A stretch of 64,000 nt of DNA from Candidatus Heimdallarchaeota archaeon (GCA_011364965.1 RDOB01000004.1:360769-424768), one strand, 5' to 3'. Shown: positions 29,688 through 41,353, numbered from the stretch's first letter. Notes: generated from the letters alone by a model not told the origin. Numbers and translations are program-made.

Positions 29688-30209
29688 ATGTACCAAATGA
29701 GTTTAAAGGAAAGTCGAATCTTTGATTTCATCGAAATTAATCCTTCAATCTTTCAAGATGTAATAATTCAAATATTAGAAGACATAAGATCTTTTATACA
29801 CAAAATTTTTCCAGTCACATTAACTCTGGCCATCTTTATGGTAAATCTATCATTTATAATAGGAGCCATTCTTTATTTATTGGATTATGACGAACTAAAT
29901 GGGAAAAAAATGTTATTTAGATCCGCAATACTCTCCATTCTTCTATTTTTTGTTTTTAATGTGTATACTTTTACTGAATTAGAAGAACCATTTCAGGGTT
30001 TTGAGAAATTTGCTTCTTTTATAACTGCTTATCTTCTATTCATTTTTGCTGCTCTTTCTTTAATATTATTTCTTGGAAATCTAGGTTATTATTTACTAAG
30101 TCCAAATCCTTCCCAAAAAAGAATTCTGAAGAAAACTCTTTTTTGTCTCTTATGTACTTTTATTCCATTAGGTCTACAATTTCCTGCGATGCCTAAATGG
30201 GTGATTTAA
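29688..30209 (+). CDS. Membrane protein with two VirB2/TrbC-pilin-like hairpins
   Basis: IIGAILYLL...GKKMLFRSAILSILL and LGNLGYYLLS...QKRILKKTLFCLL. Confidence 0.55.
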   Translation: MYQMSLKESRIFDFIEINPSIFQDVIIQILEDIRSFIHKIFPVTLTLAIFMVNLSFIIGAILYLLDYDELNGKKMLFRSAILSILLFFVFNVYTFTELEEPFQGFEKFASFITAYLLFIFAALSLILFLGNLGYYLLSPNPSQKRILKKTLFCLLCTFIPLGLQFPAMPKWVI

Positions 30210-30210
30210 A

Positions 30211-30396
30211 GTGATTTTGGTAGAACAAATAAACATTTTTAGTTATTTAATAGATCTGTTTTTGTCTATTGAGCTTGGAGCACTTTTAATTACTGTTGGA
30301 ACTATAATCTATTCCCCTACTGGAAATAGAATAGGCAAGTATCTCGTGATTATTGGTTTTTTCATATTTGGTATCAATGCGTTAAAAATAATATGA
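30211..30396 (+). CDS. Small membrane protein, VirB2/CedA1-pilin-like
   Basis: 61 aa helical hairpin LGALLITVGTIIYS...IGKYLVIIGFFIFG; 1-bp gap from the preceding gene. Confidence 0.5.
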   Translation: MILVEQINIFSYLIDLFLSIELGALLITVGTIIYSPTGNRIGKYLVIIGFFIFGINALKII

Positions 30397-30807
30397 TTGT
30401 TTGGACTGATAAAGTCGGTTGCTTCTTCATTAGGAAATAAATTTCTGCGTGAAATTGAGATTTCTTACATAAAATTTATTATTTCATAACTTATTAGTGT
30501 TTAAAAATGAAAATCATCAAACATTAAGATATCCCAATAAATCTCGTCATTTGAAAGAGATTCGGATGATTTTAGTAGAAAAGAAAGATAAATTTGGACT
30601 GAAAATAGTTATGGAGAATAAAAGGAATAGCAGAATCAAGATAAGGAATTTCACTAAATACCTCTAATAAATCTTTAAACAATTTTGTGTTTCGCGTTAA
30701 ACAAGCAAATCTGACCTTCCTAATCTACTCGTTTCCTGAAAAGCTAATTATCACTATAAGTTGTCTTTAATATGCTTTAGCTGATAGTGTTGCTGGGAGA
30801 AAAGCTA

Positions 30808-33495
30808 ATGTGGACCCCTGAGCTTAAGAAAATTAGTCAAATACAATTCGGAATTCTTTCTCCTGATGAAATCCGAAAAATGGCTGTTACAAAAATTATT
30901 ACAGCAGATACATATAATGAGGATGGTACACCTATTGAGGGTGGACTCATCGACAGAAGACTTGGTACAATAGAACCAGGTCAGAGATGTAGAACCTGCG
31001 GAAATCAGGTGGGAGATTGTCCTGGTCATTTTGGAATGATTGAATTAGCACGACCAGTTGTGCATGTAGGATATGCCAAGTCTATAATTTATAAATTATT
31101 AAGATCTTCATGTCGAGCTTGCTCACGAATCCTCCTTGATTCTTTACAAATAAAAAGATATCAACATAGGTTTGATAAAGCTAATAAAGAAGACGATCTC
31201 AAAACAGTAGCTGAATTAATAAAGGATGTGGTAAAGGAAGCCCGTAAAAAATCAGAATGTCCTCATTGTGGTCAACCACAGTACAAAATAAAGTATGAAA
31301 AGCCAACCAGCTTTTATGAGGAAACCCCAGAAGGATCTGTTCGGATTACTCCTTCCGAGATTCAAAAACGATTTGAGGGAATTCCAACTAATGATTTAGC
31401 GTTATTAGGTATTGATGCTGAACATTCCAGACCTGAATGGATGATTTTAACGGTTTTACCTGTTCCTCCCGTTTCTGTTCGTGCGTCAATAACTCTAGAA
31501 AGTGGGATTAGAAGTGAGGATGATTTAACTCACAAACTAGTTGATATTATTAGAATAAATCAAAGATTACGTGAAAATATAGAAGCAGGAGCTCCTCAAC
31601 TCATTGTTGAGGATCTTTGGGAGCTTTTGCAATATCATGTTACAACTTTTATGGATAATGAAGTGGCTGGTATTCCTCCTGCACGTCATCGATCGGGTCG
31701 TGCTTTAAGAACATTGACCCAAAGACTTAGAGGGAAAGAAGGAAGATTCAGAGGTAATCTTTCGGGTAAAAGGGTTGATTTCTCAGCTCGAACTGTAGTT
31801 TCCCCTGATCCAAATATATCGATTAATGAGGTAGGGGTACCAGAACAAATAGCTAAGATACTTACTGTTCCTGAAAGAGTTACTGAATGGAATATAGAAG
31901 AAATGAAAGAACTAGTCATGAACGGTCCAGATACAGAGATAGATGAGAAAACTGGAGTTTCAAAAACTGGTTCAAATTATATTATTCGTCCAGATGGGAA
32001 GCGAATTGATCTTCGATTTGTCGGAGATTTAAATACAACTGCTGAAATGATTGACCAAGGCTTTATTGTTGAACGCCATCTAAGGGATGGAGATATGGTT
32101 CTCTTTAATAGACAACCTTCGCTTCATCGAATGTCCATTATGGCACATGAAGTCCGAGTTATGCCTTATAAGACATTCAGACTGCACTTATGCGTATGTA
32201 CTCCATATAATGCAGATTTTGATGGAGATGAAATGAACCTTCATGTACCACAAAGCGAAGAAGCACGAGCTGAAACTCGAGTGCTTATGAGAGTACAAGA
32301 ACAGATTTTATCTCCACGATACGGAGGTCCAATTATTGGAGCTTTACACGACTATGTGTCAGCAGCTTTTCTTTTAACTCGTAAAAAAACTTTAATCACC
32401 AAAGAAGACGTTTGGCAATTATTGCTAGCTGGAAATTACGAAGAAGAGCTTCCCCCTCCTGCAATTTCTCATCCCAAGGAATTATGGACTGGAAAACAGG
32501 TATTTGGTCTTCTTCTACCTCCAGATGTTAGTGTAACAAGCAGATCCCGAACCTGTAAGAAACATGACATATGTAAACTCGAACTTTGCGAAAATGATAG
32601 TTATGTGTATATAAGATCGGGGCAGTTACTTTCTGGGGTTATTGATCGCAGAGCAATTGGTGCTGACGAATCTGAAAGCGTTTTGCATGTTGTGGTTAAA
32701 GATCATGGGAGCGATCGTGCTCGAGAATTTCTAGATTCCTTGACACAAATGCTCTTGGAATTTCTTTCCCATGAGGGATTTAGTCTCGGTTATTCTAATG
32801 TAAATATGCCTGATGAAGGTAAAAAGCGAATTAAAGCAATAATTGCAGAAAATGAGAAAGCTGCTGCTGATATCATTGGAGCATATCATAGGGGTGAGTT
32901 AGAACCCCTTCCTGGAAAATCATTAGAAGAAACACTAGAAATGCGAATAATGAGTGTATTAGCAAAGGCAAGAGATAGTGCTGGAAGCATTGCTAATGAT
33001 TATATGGGTATATCGAACTCTGCAGTTGTAATGGCCTCAACAGGGGCAAAAGGTACTCAACTTAACATCGCCCAAATGGCTGCTTGTGTAGGTCAACAGT
33101 CTATAAGAGGAGAACGCATTTTGAGGGGCTATCGGAAGCGGTCTCTTCCTCATTTCCAAAAGAATGATATTGGACCTATAGCTCGAGGTTTTGTAAGAGC
33201 AAACTATCGTGTTGGCTTATCACCAACAGAATTCTTTTTCCATGCTCAAGGAGGTCGAGAAGGACTAGTAGATACAGCTGTAAGAACATCCACAAGTGGT
33301 TATCTGCAGCGTCGACTCGTTAATGCTTTACAGGATTTACATGTCAATTACGATATAATTGTCCGAACAACAGAGGGTGATGTGGTTCAGTTAAAATACG
33401 GGGAAGATGGTGTTGATCCAATGAAATCCTATCACGGAAGACCTGTAGATATCGATGCAATTATTGAAGAAGTGCTTTCTTCAGAAGAGAATTGA
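30808..33495 (+). CDS. rpoA1: DNA-directed RNA polymerase subunit A' (Rpo1N)
   Basis: CPGHFG, NLSGKRVDFSAR, catalytic YNADFDGDEMN, GGREGLVDTAV. Confidence 0.99.
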   Translation: MWTPELKKISQIQFGILSPDEIRKMAVTKIITADTYNEDGTPIEGGLIDRRLGTIEPGQRCRTCGNQVGDCPGHFGMIELARPVVHVGYAKSIIYKLLRSSCRACSRILLDSLQIKRYQHRFDKANKEDDLKTVAELIKDVVKEARKKSECPHCGQPQYKIKYEKPTSFYEETPEGSVRITPSEIQKRFEGIPTNDLALLGIDAEHSRPEWMILTVLPVPPVSVRASITLESGIRSEDDLTHKLVDIIRINQRLRENIEAGAPQLIVEDLWELLQYHVTTFMDNEVAGIPPARHRSGRALRTLTQRLRGKEGRFRGNLSGKRVDFSARTVVSPDPNISINEVGVPEQIAKILTVPERVTEWNIEEMKELVMNGPDTEIDEKTGVSKTGSNYIIRPDGKRIDLRFVGDLNTTAEMIDQGFIVERHLRDGDMVLFNRQPSLHRMSIMAHEVRVMPYKTFRLHLCVCTPYNADFDGDEMNLHVPQSEEARAETRVLMRVQEQILSPRYGGPIIGALHDYVSAAFLLTRKKTLITKEDVWQLLLAGNYEEELPPPAISHPKELWTGKQVFGLLLPPDVSVTSRSRTCKKHDICKLELCENDSYVYIRSGQLLSGVIDRRAIGADESESVLHVVVKDHGSDRAREFLDSLTQMLLEFLSHEGFSLGYSNVNMPDEGKKRIKAIIAENEKAAADIIGAYHRGELEPLPGKSLEETLEMRIMSVLAKARDSAGSIANDYMGISNSAVVMASTGAKGTQLNIAQMAACVGQQSIRGERILRGYRKRSLPHFQKNDIGPIARGFVRANYRVGLSPTEFFFHAQGGREGLVDTAVRTSTSGYLQRRLVNALQDLHVNYDIIVRTTEGDVVQLKYGEDGVDPMKSYHGRPVDIDAIIEEVLSSEEN

Positions 33496-33502
33496 GGAGT
33501 GA

Positions 33503-34702
<1,200 letters not shown>

Positions 34703-34704
34703 TT

Positions 34705-35004
34705 ATGAAACCAGATTTAGAAAAAGCCATAAATATGGCTGTAAGTACAGGAAAAGTAAAATTGGGGTACGAGAGCACGATTAAGAGTTTATTAACAGGT
34801 AAGGTAAAAGCAACAATAATCTCAAGCAATATCCCGTTAACTGCTCGAAATACAATTGAAAGACACTGCCAGCTATCAAATGTACCTATAATCGAATATG
34901 AAAAATCTGGTATAGATCTTGGAGCAATTTGTGGTCGTCCACATAAAATTACTTCAGTTGTGATACTAAATCCGGGAAATTCAAAAATTCTGGATTATAT
35001 ATAG
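34705..35004 (+). CDS. rpl30e: 50S ribosomal protein L30e
   Basis: TGKVKLG, LGAICGRP, PGNSKIL. Confidence 0.96.
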   Translation: MKPDLEKAINMAVSTGKVKLGYESTIKSLLTGKVKATIISSNIPLTARNTIERHCQLSNVPIIEYEKSGIDLGAICGRPHKITSVVILNPGNSKILDYI

Positions 35005-35009
35005 GATGT

Positions 35010-35456
35010 TTGATTTTGTCAAATATTCGTATGTCTCAAGAAGAGCTCCGATTTATTTCTATTCTTGAGGGATTAACAGGAGCCCTAGCTGTTGATTGCA
35101 TATGGAACAAGGAAGAAGGGAGAGTGATATTTATAGTTCGTCGTGGGGATACAGGTAAAGTAATAGGAAAAGGAGGAACAACAATTCGTCGTCTTCGGGA
35201 ACATTTTCAAAAAGCTGTTGATATAATCGAGTATTCAGATTCCCCTGAACGATTTGCCTCAAATACAATCGCTCCTGCAAAATCACAGAATGTTGAAATT
35301 TTCGAAAAATCTGGGAAAAAAACTGTGGTTATTACAGTTATTCCAAAAGAGAAAGGAAAGGCAATAGGTAAAAATGGTAGGATTATTCAAAGATCCCGTT
35401 TACTTATGAAGAGACATTTTGGAGTGAATAATGTCATTATCCAGAGTACTGCATAA
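35010..35456 (+). CDS. nusA: Archaeal NusA (two KH domains)
   Basis: GKVIGKGG and KAIGKNG; canonical position after rpl30e. Confidence 0.95.
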   Translation: MILSNIRMSQEELRFISILEGLTGALAVDCIWNKEEGRVIFIVRRGDTGKVIGKGGTTIRRLREHFQKAVDIIEYSDSPERFASNTIAPAKSQNVEIFEKSGKKTVVITVIPKEKGKAIGKNGRIIQRSRLLMKRHFGVNNVIIQSTA

Positions 35457-35594
35457 ACGAAATTCATTCTACTTAGAACAAATCTTTCATATAGCCATTG
35501 AAAAAAAGTATCAAGTGCTTGTAGATAAGGAAAGAAAATACGATTTACGATCACAAACATAAAAAAGTGCTTTAGAGTAATAAGGCGATAAATT

Positions 35595-36038
35595 ATGACA
35601 GGATTAAAGTCACCACGCGGTGAATTTGCTGCAAATAAGTTAGTACGCAAAAGAAAGCGATTTCGATGGAAGAGTACCCCCTATAAACGCAAAGTACTAC
35701 GATTAAAAGAAAAGTTCGACCCTTTGGAAGGAGCTCCTCAAGCTCGTGGAATTGTTATTGAAAAAGTAGGAATTGAATCAAAACAACCAAACTCCGCAAT
35801 TAGAAAATGTGTTAGGGTACAATTAATTAAAAATGGAAAGCAAGTCACTGCTTTTGTACCAGGTGATGGAGGATTATTATTTATAGATGAACACGATGAA
35901 GTAATTATTGAGGGAATCGGGGGTGCAAAAGGCGGGGCAATTGGAGACCTTCCAGGCGTTCGATACCGCGTAGTACATGTTAATGGAGTCAGTCTTGATG
36001 CTTTGCTTTCCGGAAGAAAGGAAAAGCCCATGCGTTAA
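35595..36038 (+). CDS. rps12: 30S ribosomal protein S12 (uS12)
   Basis: [23 protein letters not shown]. Confidence 0.99.
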   Translation: MTGLKSPRGEFAANKLVRKRKRFRWKSTPYKRKVLRLKEKFDPLEGAPQARGIVIEKVGIESKQPNSAIRKCVRVQLIKNGKQVTAFVPGDGGLLFIDEHDEVIIEGIGGAKGGAIGDLPGVRYRVVHVNGVSLDALLSGRKEKPMR

Positions 36039-36079
36039 AGGAAAACATTTTTTTCCTTTTTACTGGTGAGTAGCCTTTT

Positions 36080-36778
36080 TTGACTTTTCCCCCCCAGAAA
36101 ACCTTCCGTATTATTTCTCCGAAAGATTTATTCCTCTCTCGTGAACAAAAGGAAAATTTCTTTCTGATTCAGGATTATCTAAAAGGAATTCAATCTTTTC
36201 TAGAACCTCAGATAAGGTTAGAGCAATATTCTCTTCCAGATGACTTAATAGCCTTTATTCTAACATTAGTATCCAAAGATCTATCAAACAAGAGAATAAT
36301 CGATTTTGGATGTGGAACGGGTCGATTCACGCTTCCTATTGCAAAATTTTTTGCTCAAAGAGTGATCGGGGTCGATATTGATTATGAATCGGTGAAGTAT
36401 ATTAATTACTGGAAAAAAAGGCAAAATTTATCAGTAGATCTCATAATTACTCCTATAGAATTTTTGGAACCAGAAAAATGGAAGAATCTGTTTGATATGA
36501 CAGTAATGAATCCTCCATTCGGGACTAAACGACGAAGATTGGATACAGTATTTCTTAAAAAGGCTTTAAGCGGATCAGAAACAGTAATATCTATTCATAA
36601 ATCAAATTTATTAACAAGAAAATTGTTAAGTTCCATAGGGGACGAGTACGGAAAAGTTAATGAGATATTAGTAACAATTTCATTTTCTATTCCTCCTATT
36701 TTTCGTTCCCATCGCAAAAAAGCACATTTTGTAACAATTGATCTATATAAGTTTGCCTCTAAATCCCCTAAACGTTAA
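36080..36778 (+). CDS. METTL5-like SAM-dependent methyltransferase
   Basis: LEQYSLP, DFGCGTG, MNPPFG. Confidence 0.88.
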   Translation: MTFPPQKTFRIISPKDLFLSREQKENFFLIQDYLKGIQSFLEPQIRLEQYSLPDDLIAFILTLVSKDLSNKRIIDFGCGTGRFTLPIAKFFAQRVIGVDIDYESVKYINYWKKRQNLSVDLIITPIEFLEPEKWKNLFDMTVMNPPFGTKRRRLDTVFLKKALSGSETVISIHKSNLLTRKLLSSIGDEYGKVNEILVTISFSIPPIFRSHRKKAHFVTIDLYKFASKSPKR

Positions 36779-36898
36779 ATAAAATAAATCTTAAAAGATA
36801 AGATCACCCAACTCTCAAGAAATAGAAAATCGATGAATAAAGTTTATGACTAAGAGAATATTAAAATGATTATAAAGAAGCAATGAACGGGAATAGAA

Positions 36899-37510
36899 AT
36901 GAATAAAAGTAAGGAAATTGAATCTGAGGAGGATCTAGTTCTACCTGGAGATAAAATTGCTGTTATTGAAGAATTTGTGCCAGATGATACCTGTTATGAA
37001 GACGAGGGTGTAATTTATTCAACTTTCTTAGGCAAAGTTAATCCAGATTCAAAAAAACATAAAATCTCAGTTCAGCCTTTAAAAAAGTATCAAGAAGTAA
37101 AGGTTGGAGATATGGGAATAGGGCTTGTTCAATTCATAAAAAAGCAAATTGCTTCAATTGATGTTTTCTATATTAACAATGAATATTTACCCGTTCCATT
37201 TTCCTCTATTTTGCATGTTTCAGAAGCTTCAAGACGTTTTGTAAGAAGTATGTTTGAAGTTACGCGTCCTGGGGATTGGATCAAAGTTCGAATTATTAGA
37301 ACTATGAAACCAGTTTATGTTAGCCTTGTTGGTCACGATTTAGGAGTAATTATTGCATATTGCGTTCAATGTGGATATGAACTCGAATTTAAAAGACGAA
37401 ATACACTTCTATGTCCAAACTGTGATACTCTTCAACCACGAATTACGTCACGCAATTTCGGCAAACCTTTGAAACTAAGTTTGGGGTCATCTTTGAATGA
37501 AACCCGATGA
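36899..37510 (+). CDS. csl4: Exosome subunit Csl4
   Basis: VLPGD...EEF, S1 domain, LGVIIAYC-x2-C...C-x2-C Zn ribbon. Confidence 0.93.
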   Translation: MNKSKEIESEEDLVLPGDKIAVIEEFVPDDTCYEDEGVIYSTFLGKVNPDSKKHKISVQPLKKYQEVKVGDMGIGLVQFIKKQIASIDVFYINNEYLPVPFSSILHVSEASRRFVRSMFEVTRPGDWIKVRIIRTMKPVYVSLVGHDLGVIIAYCVQCGYELEFKRRNTLLCPNCDTLQPRITSRNFGKPLKLSLGSSLNETR

Positions 37511-38321
37511 TAAATTACTCTGGAAAAAACTAGATAGAAATACAGAGGCATGGCGGAAAAGAAGAAAAGACACCAAAGATTACCAAACAGTGGATGCAGT
37601 TATAGACGCACAAACGATACAAGAAATTGAAAAATTGCAAAATAAGGGGATTTTAGGGGAATTAACAGGCACAATCGCTTCTGGAAAAGAATCAGGTGTT
37701 TTTTTAGCTAATGTTGGGCTCCTAGGAGATAGAATCTGTCAGGAAAATCAAATAGATCCTCCAATTGTCATTAAAATCTTCCGAACTAGTACAATGAATT
37801 TCAAAAAAATGTCTCAATATATTATTGGAGACCACAGATTTTACAAACAAAGCAAAAAGACTCGTAAAATAATCCATCTCTGGACAGAAAAGGAATTTCG
37901 AAATCTTCAACGAGCATCCTTTGCAGGTTTGAATGTTCCTAAACCAATTCTGGTTAAGAAAAATCTCCTTTTGATGGAATTACTCGGAGAAAATGGGATT
38001 CCTTATCCTCTTTTGAAAAATACTCCTTCTGCATATACTCAAGCCATCTTAACCAAAATTCTAGATCAAGTTAAGCATTTATTCAAGATTGGTTTGGTGC
38101 ACGCTGATTTATCTCCATTCAATATCCTTATAGGAAGAGACACTCCCTTTCTCATTGATATGAGTCAAAGCGTAATAACCTCACATCCAAATGCATTAAA
38201 ATTCCTTGAAAGAGATATAAACAATATTTTAACTCCTTTCTCCCAGTCAGGAGTGAATACCCCAGATTATGATGAATTATATGATGAAATCATAAAGCTC
38301 ACCCCTCAAGAATCATTCTAA
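37497..38321 (+). CDS. rio1: RIO1-family serine kinase
   Basis: SGKESGVF, KEFRNL, LVHADLSPFN, IDMSQ. Confidence 0.93.
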   Translation: MKPDDKLLWKKLDRNTEAWRKRRKDTKDYQTVDAVIDAQTIQEIEKLQNKGILGELTGTIASGKESGVFLANVGLLGDRICQENQIDPPIVIKIFRTSTMNFKKMSQYIIGDHRFYKQSKKTRKIIHLWTEKEFRNLQRASFAGLNVPKPILVKKNLLLMELLGENGIPYPLLKNTPSAYTQAILTKILDQVKHLFKIGLVHADLSPFNILIGRDTPFLIDMSQSVITSHPNALKFLERDINNILTPFSQSGVNTPDYDELYDEIIKLTPQESF

Positions 38322-38364
38322 AGCTAATAGAAATAAAGAAATTATATGGCAGGAGTAGAATAAA

Positions 38365-38961
38365 TTGACCATTGAAAGTAATATCCGGATCCCTAGGAGT
38401 CGAATAGGGGTTCTAATCGGTAAAGGTGGGAGTACAAAGAAACAATTGGAAACCCTTACTGGTGTAGAACTTACAATTGATAGTGAAGATGGTTCTGTAA
38501 TTATTCGGTCTACTCCAAACATTCCAGATCCTAGTTATATCTGGAAAACTCGAGAGATTATCCGTGCTATTGCACGAGGATTTAACGCTGACCGTGCGTT
38601 CCTTTTAATCGATGATGAGATCTATCTCGAAACAATAGAGCTTGAAGGGACAAAAAATAATATTAAGAGATTGAAATCGCGTCTAATTGGAGAAGGAGGC
38701 AAAGCAAGAAAAATGATTGAGATAAGCACTTCTGCATGTATTTCAATATTCGGTAACCAGGTTTCAATTATTGGCGAGTTAAATGAAATTGGGAACGCAA
38801 AAGAAGCAATAACACTTTTAATAAATGGCTCTAAACACAGCACTGTATTTCGATTCTTAGAACAATTACGTTTCCGTTCACGGATGAAACCTCCCAAGAT
38901 TTGGAAAGATAAATCTTTTGATGAAGAACTGACTATATCAGAAACTGAGGAAGAAGAATAA
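38365..38961 (+). CDS. KH-domain pre-rRNA processing protein Dim2/Pno1
   Basis: RIGVLIGKGG, AIARGF, RLIGEGGK, GSKHSTVF; follows rio1. Confidence 0.93.
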   Translation: MTIESNIRIPRSRIGVLIGKGGSTKKQLETLTGVELTIDSEDGSVIIRSTPNIPDPSYIWKTREIIRAIARGFNADRAFLLIDDEIYLETIELEGTKNNIKRLKSRLIGEGGKARKMIEISTSACISIFGNQVSIIGELNEIGNAKEAITLLINGSKHSTVFRFLEQLRFRSRMKPPKIWKDKSFDEELTISETEEEE

Positions 38962-39123
38962 AAAAGAAATCTTCTCTTCAAACGAAAAATGAATAAATTC
39001 CAATTAAAATACTCTAAATGTTGGCCATTCTTATTTAAAAAGCTCCATTACCGTTTAAAATGTAATTGAGGCCTAGGATTCCAATTAATCATTGGTATTT
39101 GCCATCAAAGGCTAATAATATTG

Positions 39124-39197
39124 GGGCCGATAGCTCAGCTTGGTAGAGCGTCTGGCTTGCACCCAGAAGGTCGCGAGTTCAAATCTCGCTCGGTCCA
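39124..39197 (+). tRNA. tRNA-Ala(TGC)
   Basis: GGGCCGA/TCGGTCC with G3:U70; TCTGG-CT-TGC-AC-CCAGA. Confidence 0.96.
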
Positions 39198-39274
39198 TCT
39201 TCTTTTTTAAAGATAAGAAAACCAAAAGTTTGTACATTTAGGAATATTATTGAAACTTCGTTCAATAGGATCTA

Positions 39275-39475
39275 CTACGAGAAAATAGAGGTTAATCGTT
39301 GAAGTAACTCATCTGCATTTACTAATAACCAATCAAGAACTCCAGTTACAATACTTAGGATCAATAAAAAACCAAATAAACTTAATCCAATTAATATTCC
39401 TTCTTCCACGAGTGGAGATCCTCTTCTTTTTTGAAACAATAATTTGATAGTTCTCTTAGAAAATGACAAGATCAT
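39275..39475 (-). CDS. Flp-like type IV prepilin
   Basis: Class III signal KRRG|SPLVEEGILIGL with Glu at +5, then a hydrophobic helix; very short mature protein. Confidence 0.75.
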   Translation of the reverse strand: MILSFSKRTIKLLFQKRRGSPLVEEGILIGLSLFGFLLILSIVTGVLDWLLVNADELLQRLTSIFS

Positions 39476-39570
39476 TTTCCTCACCACAATACAAAACTTC
39501 AAGTTGTTTATAATGTCCCAAAAATCGCAAAATGTATGTAAAATTTAGGTAATTATAACTGAGAAAAATT

Positions 39571-40206
39571 ATGGAAGTATCGGTGTGCTTAGTGAAATTT
39601 ATTCCAACAAAACAGGTTAAGCCATTAAAAATAATTGTTTTAGGGGAAGGAGGTGTTGGAAAAACAACGATTTCAAAGACTTTCACTAGTAATTCGTGTT
39701 TTAAAGACGCTAGACAAACTATTGCAGTAGAATTTCATTCTATAATTTTTAATCTGGATTCAACCAAATTCAAGCTTCAAATATGGGATTTGGGAGGTCA
39801 AGAGCAATTCAAAAACATGGGAGTCTTTGGAGATTTTTGTAGAGGAGCAGATGCTGCTATCCTATGTTTTGATCTCACTGACTTATCCACTTTATTTTCG
39901 ATTCCTGATTGGTTAAAGTTCATAGAAAATGACACACCTAAATTTTTAGTCGGAACAAAGTATGATCTTGCTTCAACTGAAGAAAAAACATTTGATATAA
40001 CTTCATTCGAAGAAAAGTTTCATTGTGTTGATTCATATATTTGTTCCTCTAAAGAAATTAGTTCTGTTATCCAGATCTTTAAGGGCGTTATTGACTTTCT
40101 AGAAAACGGGAAAAATAGTCTACAATTGCCTTCCAAGACATCTGTTAAGATATCTAAACCTCTAGTATTATCACAAGGTGAGTTATATGCAAAAATTAAT
40201 AGGTAA
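39571..40206 (+). CDS. Rab-like small GTPase
   Basis: G1 GEGGVGKT, G2 TIAVEF, G3 KLQIWDLGGQ, G4 GTKYD, G5 SSK; no C-terminal prenylation Cys. Confidence 0.95.
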   Translation: MEVSVCLVKFIPTKQVKPLKIIVLGEGGVGKTTISKTFTSNSCFKDARQTIAVEFHSIIFNLDSTKFKLQIWDLGGQEQFKNMGVFGDFCRGADAAILCFDLTDLSTLFSIPDWLKFIENDTPKFLVGTKYDLASTEEKTFDITSFEEKFHCVDSYICSSKEISSVIQIFKGVIDFLENGKNSLQLPSKTSVKISKPLVLSQGELYAKINR

Positions 40207-40207
40207 A

Positions 40208-40930
40208 ATGAATAATAAACATGAAAATAAGAGAATTGTAAGTGGTGTGCCAGGATTCAATCGTTTAGTTGAAGGTGGTTTTAGGGAAAATTCAGTAAAT
40301 GTCGTCATTGCTGACCCTGGTTGCGGAAAATCAACTTTTTGTTGGCAATTCTGTGCTGAAGAGCCAGAAGCCCCTGCATTATATGTCTCCTTAGAACAGA
40401 ATCTAGATTCAGTGCTAAGAGATTGTCGTGATATTGGCCTGAATAATTTTGAAGACAAATATAGGAGAGGTCGTTTGCAATTCCAAGTTGCGTTTAGCGA
40501 GGATTCTGATATGACCTCTGGAGAAATCGGTTTGAGATTTTTTATGTCTGAACTCCCTAAATATCTTGAAATAATCAGGGAAACAGCAGAACATTATCAT
40601 GGAGGAATACGAATAGCAATAGATCCCCTTACTCCATTATTATTGGAAATTCCAGATTTGAACCAGCAACGAAATGCCATAAATCGAATATTTACATCTT
40701 TAAGAAAGATTGGTACAGCTGTTGTTACAATAGAGAAAGGATTTGGGGAATCTTTAGCGAAAGTGCCATTATTTCTTGCAGATTCCATTCTTGAATTAGA
40801 ACATATTGGTCTTGGTGGTATATACAACCGAACACTCCGTGTTCGTAAGTTTCGAGGTTCTGCACATGCTGAGACTCCTCAACCGATTCATTTTGAAACT
40901 GGAAAGGGGTTATCGGTATATGAAATCTAA
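40208..40930 (+). CDS. Single-domain KaiC/RAD55-like ATPase
   Basis: SGVPGFNRLVEGG, Walker A ADPGCGKS, YVSLEQ, RIAIDPL, RTLRVRKFRG; ATG 40208 one base after the GTPase stop. Confidence 0.92.
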   Translation: MNNKHENKRIVSGVPGFNRLVEGGFRENSVNVVIADPGCGKSTFCWQFCAEEPEAPALYVSLEQNLDSVLRDCRDIGLNNFEDKYRRGRLQFQVAFSEDSDMTSGEIGLRFFMSELPKYLEIIRETAEHYHGGIRIAIDPLTPLLLEIPDLNQQRNAINRIFTSLRKIGTAVVTIEKGFGESLAKVPLFLADSILELEHIGLGGIYNRTLRVRKFRGSAHAETPQPIHFETGKGLSVYEI

Positions 40931-41351
40931 TATTTTAGAATTGAAGCCCTCAATACCCTCTCTTCTTCGAACTATAGATCAGGAATTAGGGCATTTGAAC
41001 AACTTCATCGATATTCAGGCTGTTTTCCTCTTTAGAATCGATGGATATGTTTTGAAGTCCCATTATAGTACAAATCGCTCAAATAATCTCTTGCATGTCA
41101 TAGGTTGGGTTAAGCAAATTATCTCTAAAACTATGGAGGAATTGCAGAGAGGATCCAGATCCGTTAAATATGACAAAGAAATAAACGTAAATGAGTCTAT
41201 TCCAGTCTATTTCTATCGTGCAGGTCAATCCAGTATTTTAGTAACCTTTCTTAGGTCAAAAGCAAATACTGGATTAATGGAAATTGAGATGAGTCGAACT
41301 GCAAAACGTTTGAGCTATATAATTGATAATTTTGATAGTTTAGAGGTTTAA
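40920..41351 (+). CDS. Roadblock/longin-like (profilin-fold) protein
   Basis: 143 aa from ATG 40920, overlapping the KaiC end; IQAVFLFRIDGYVL, YRAGQSSILVTF and NTGLMEIEMSRTAKRL match the roadblock/LC7 pattern. Confidence 0.75.
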   Translation: MKSNILELKPSIPSLLRTIDQELGHLNNFIDIQAVFLFRIDGYVLKSHYSTNRSNNLLHVIGWVKQIISKTMEELQRGSRSVKYDKEINVNESIPVYFYRAGQSSILVTFLRSKANTGLMEIEMSRTAKRLSYIIDNFDSLEV

Positions 41352-41353
41352 AA

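Noticed and set aside
40806-40919. N-terminal 38 codons of the 181-aa ORF
   Set aside because: Lies inside the KaiC gene; ATG 40920 gives a typical short overlap and roadblock-sized protein
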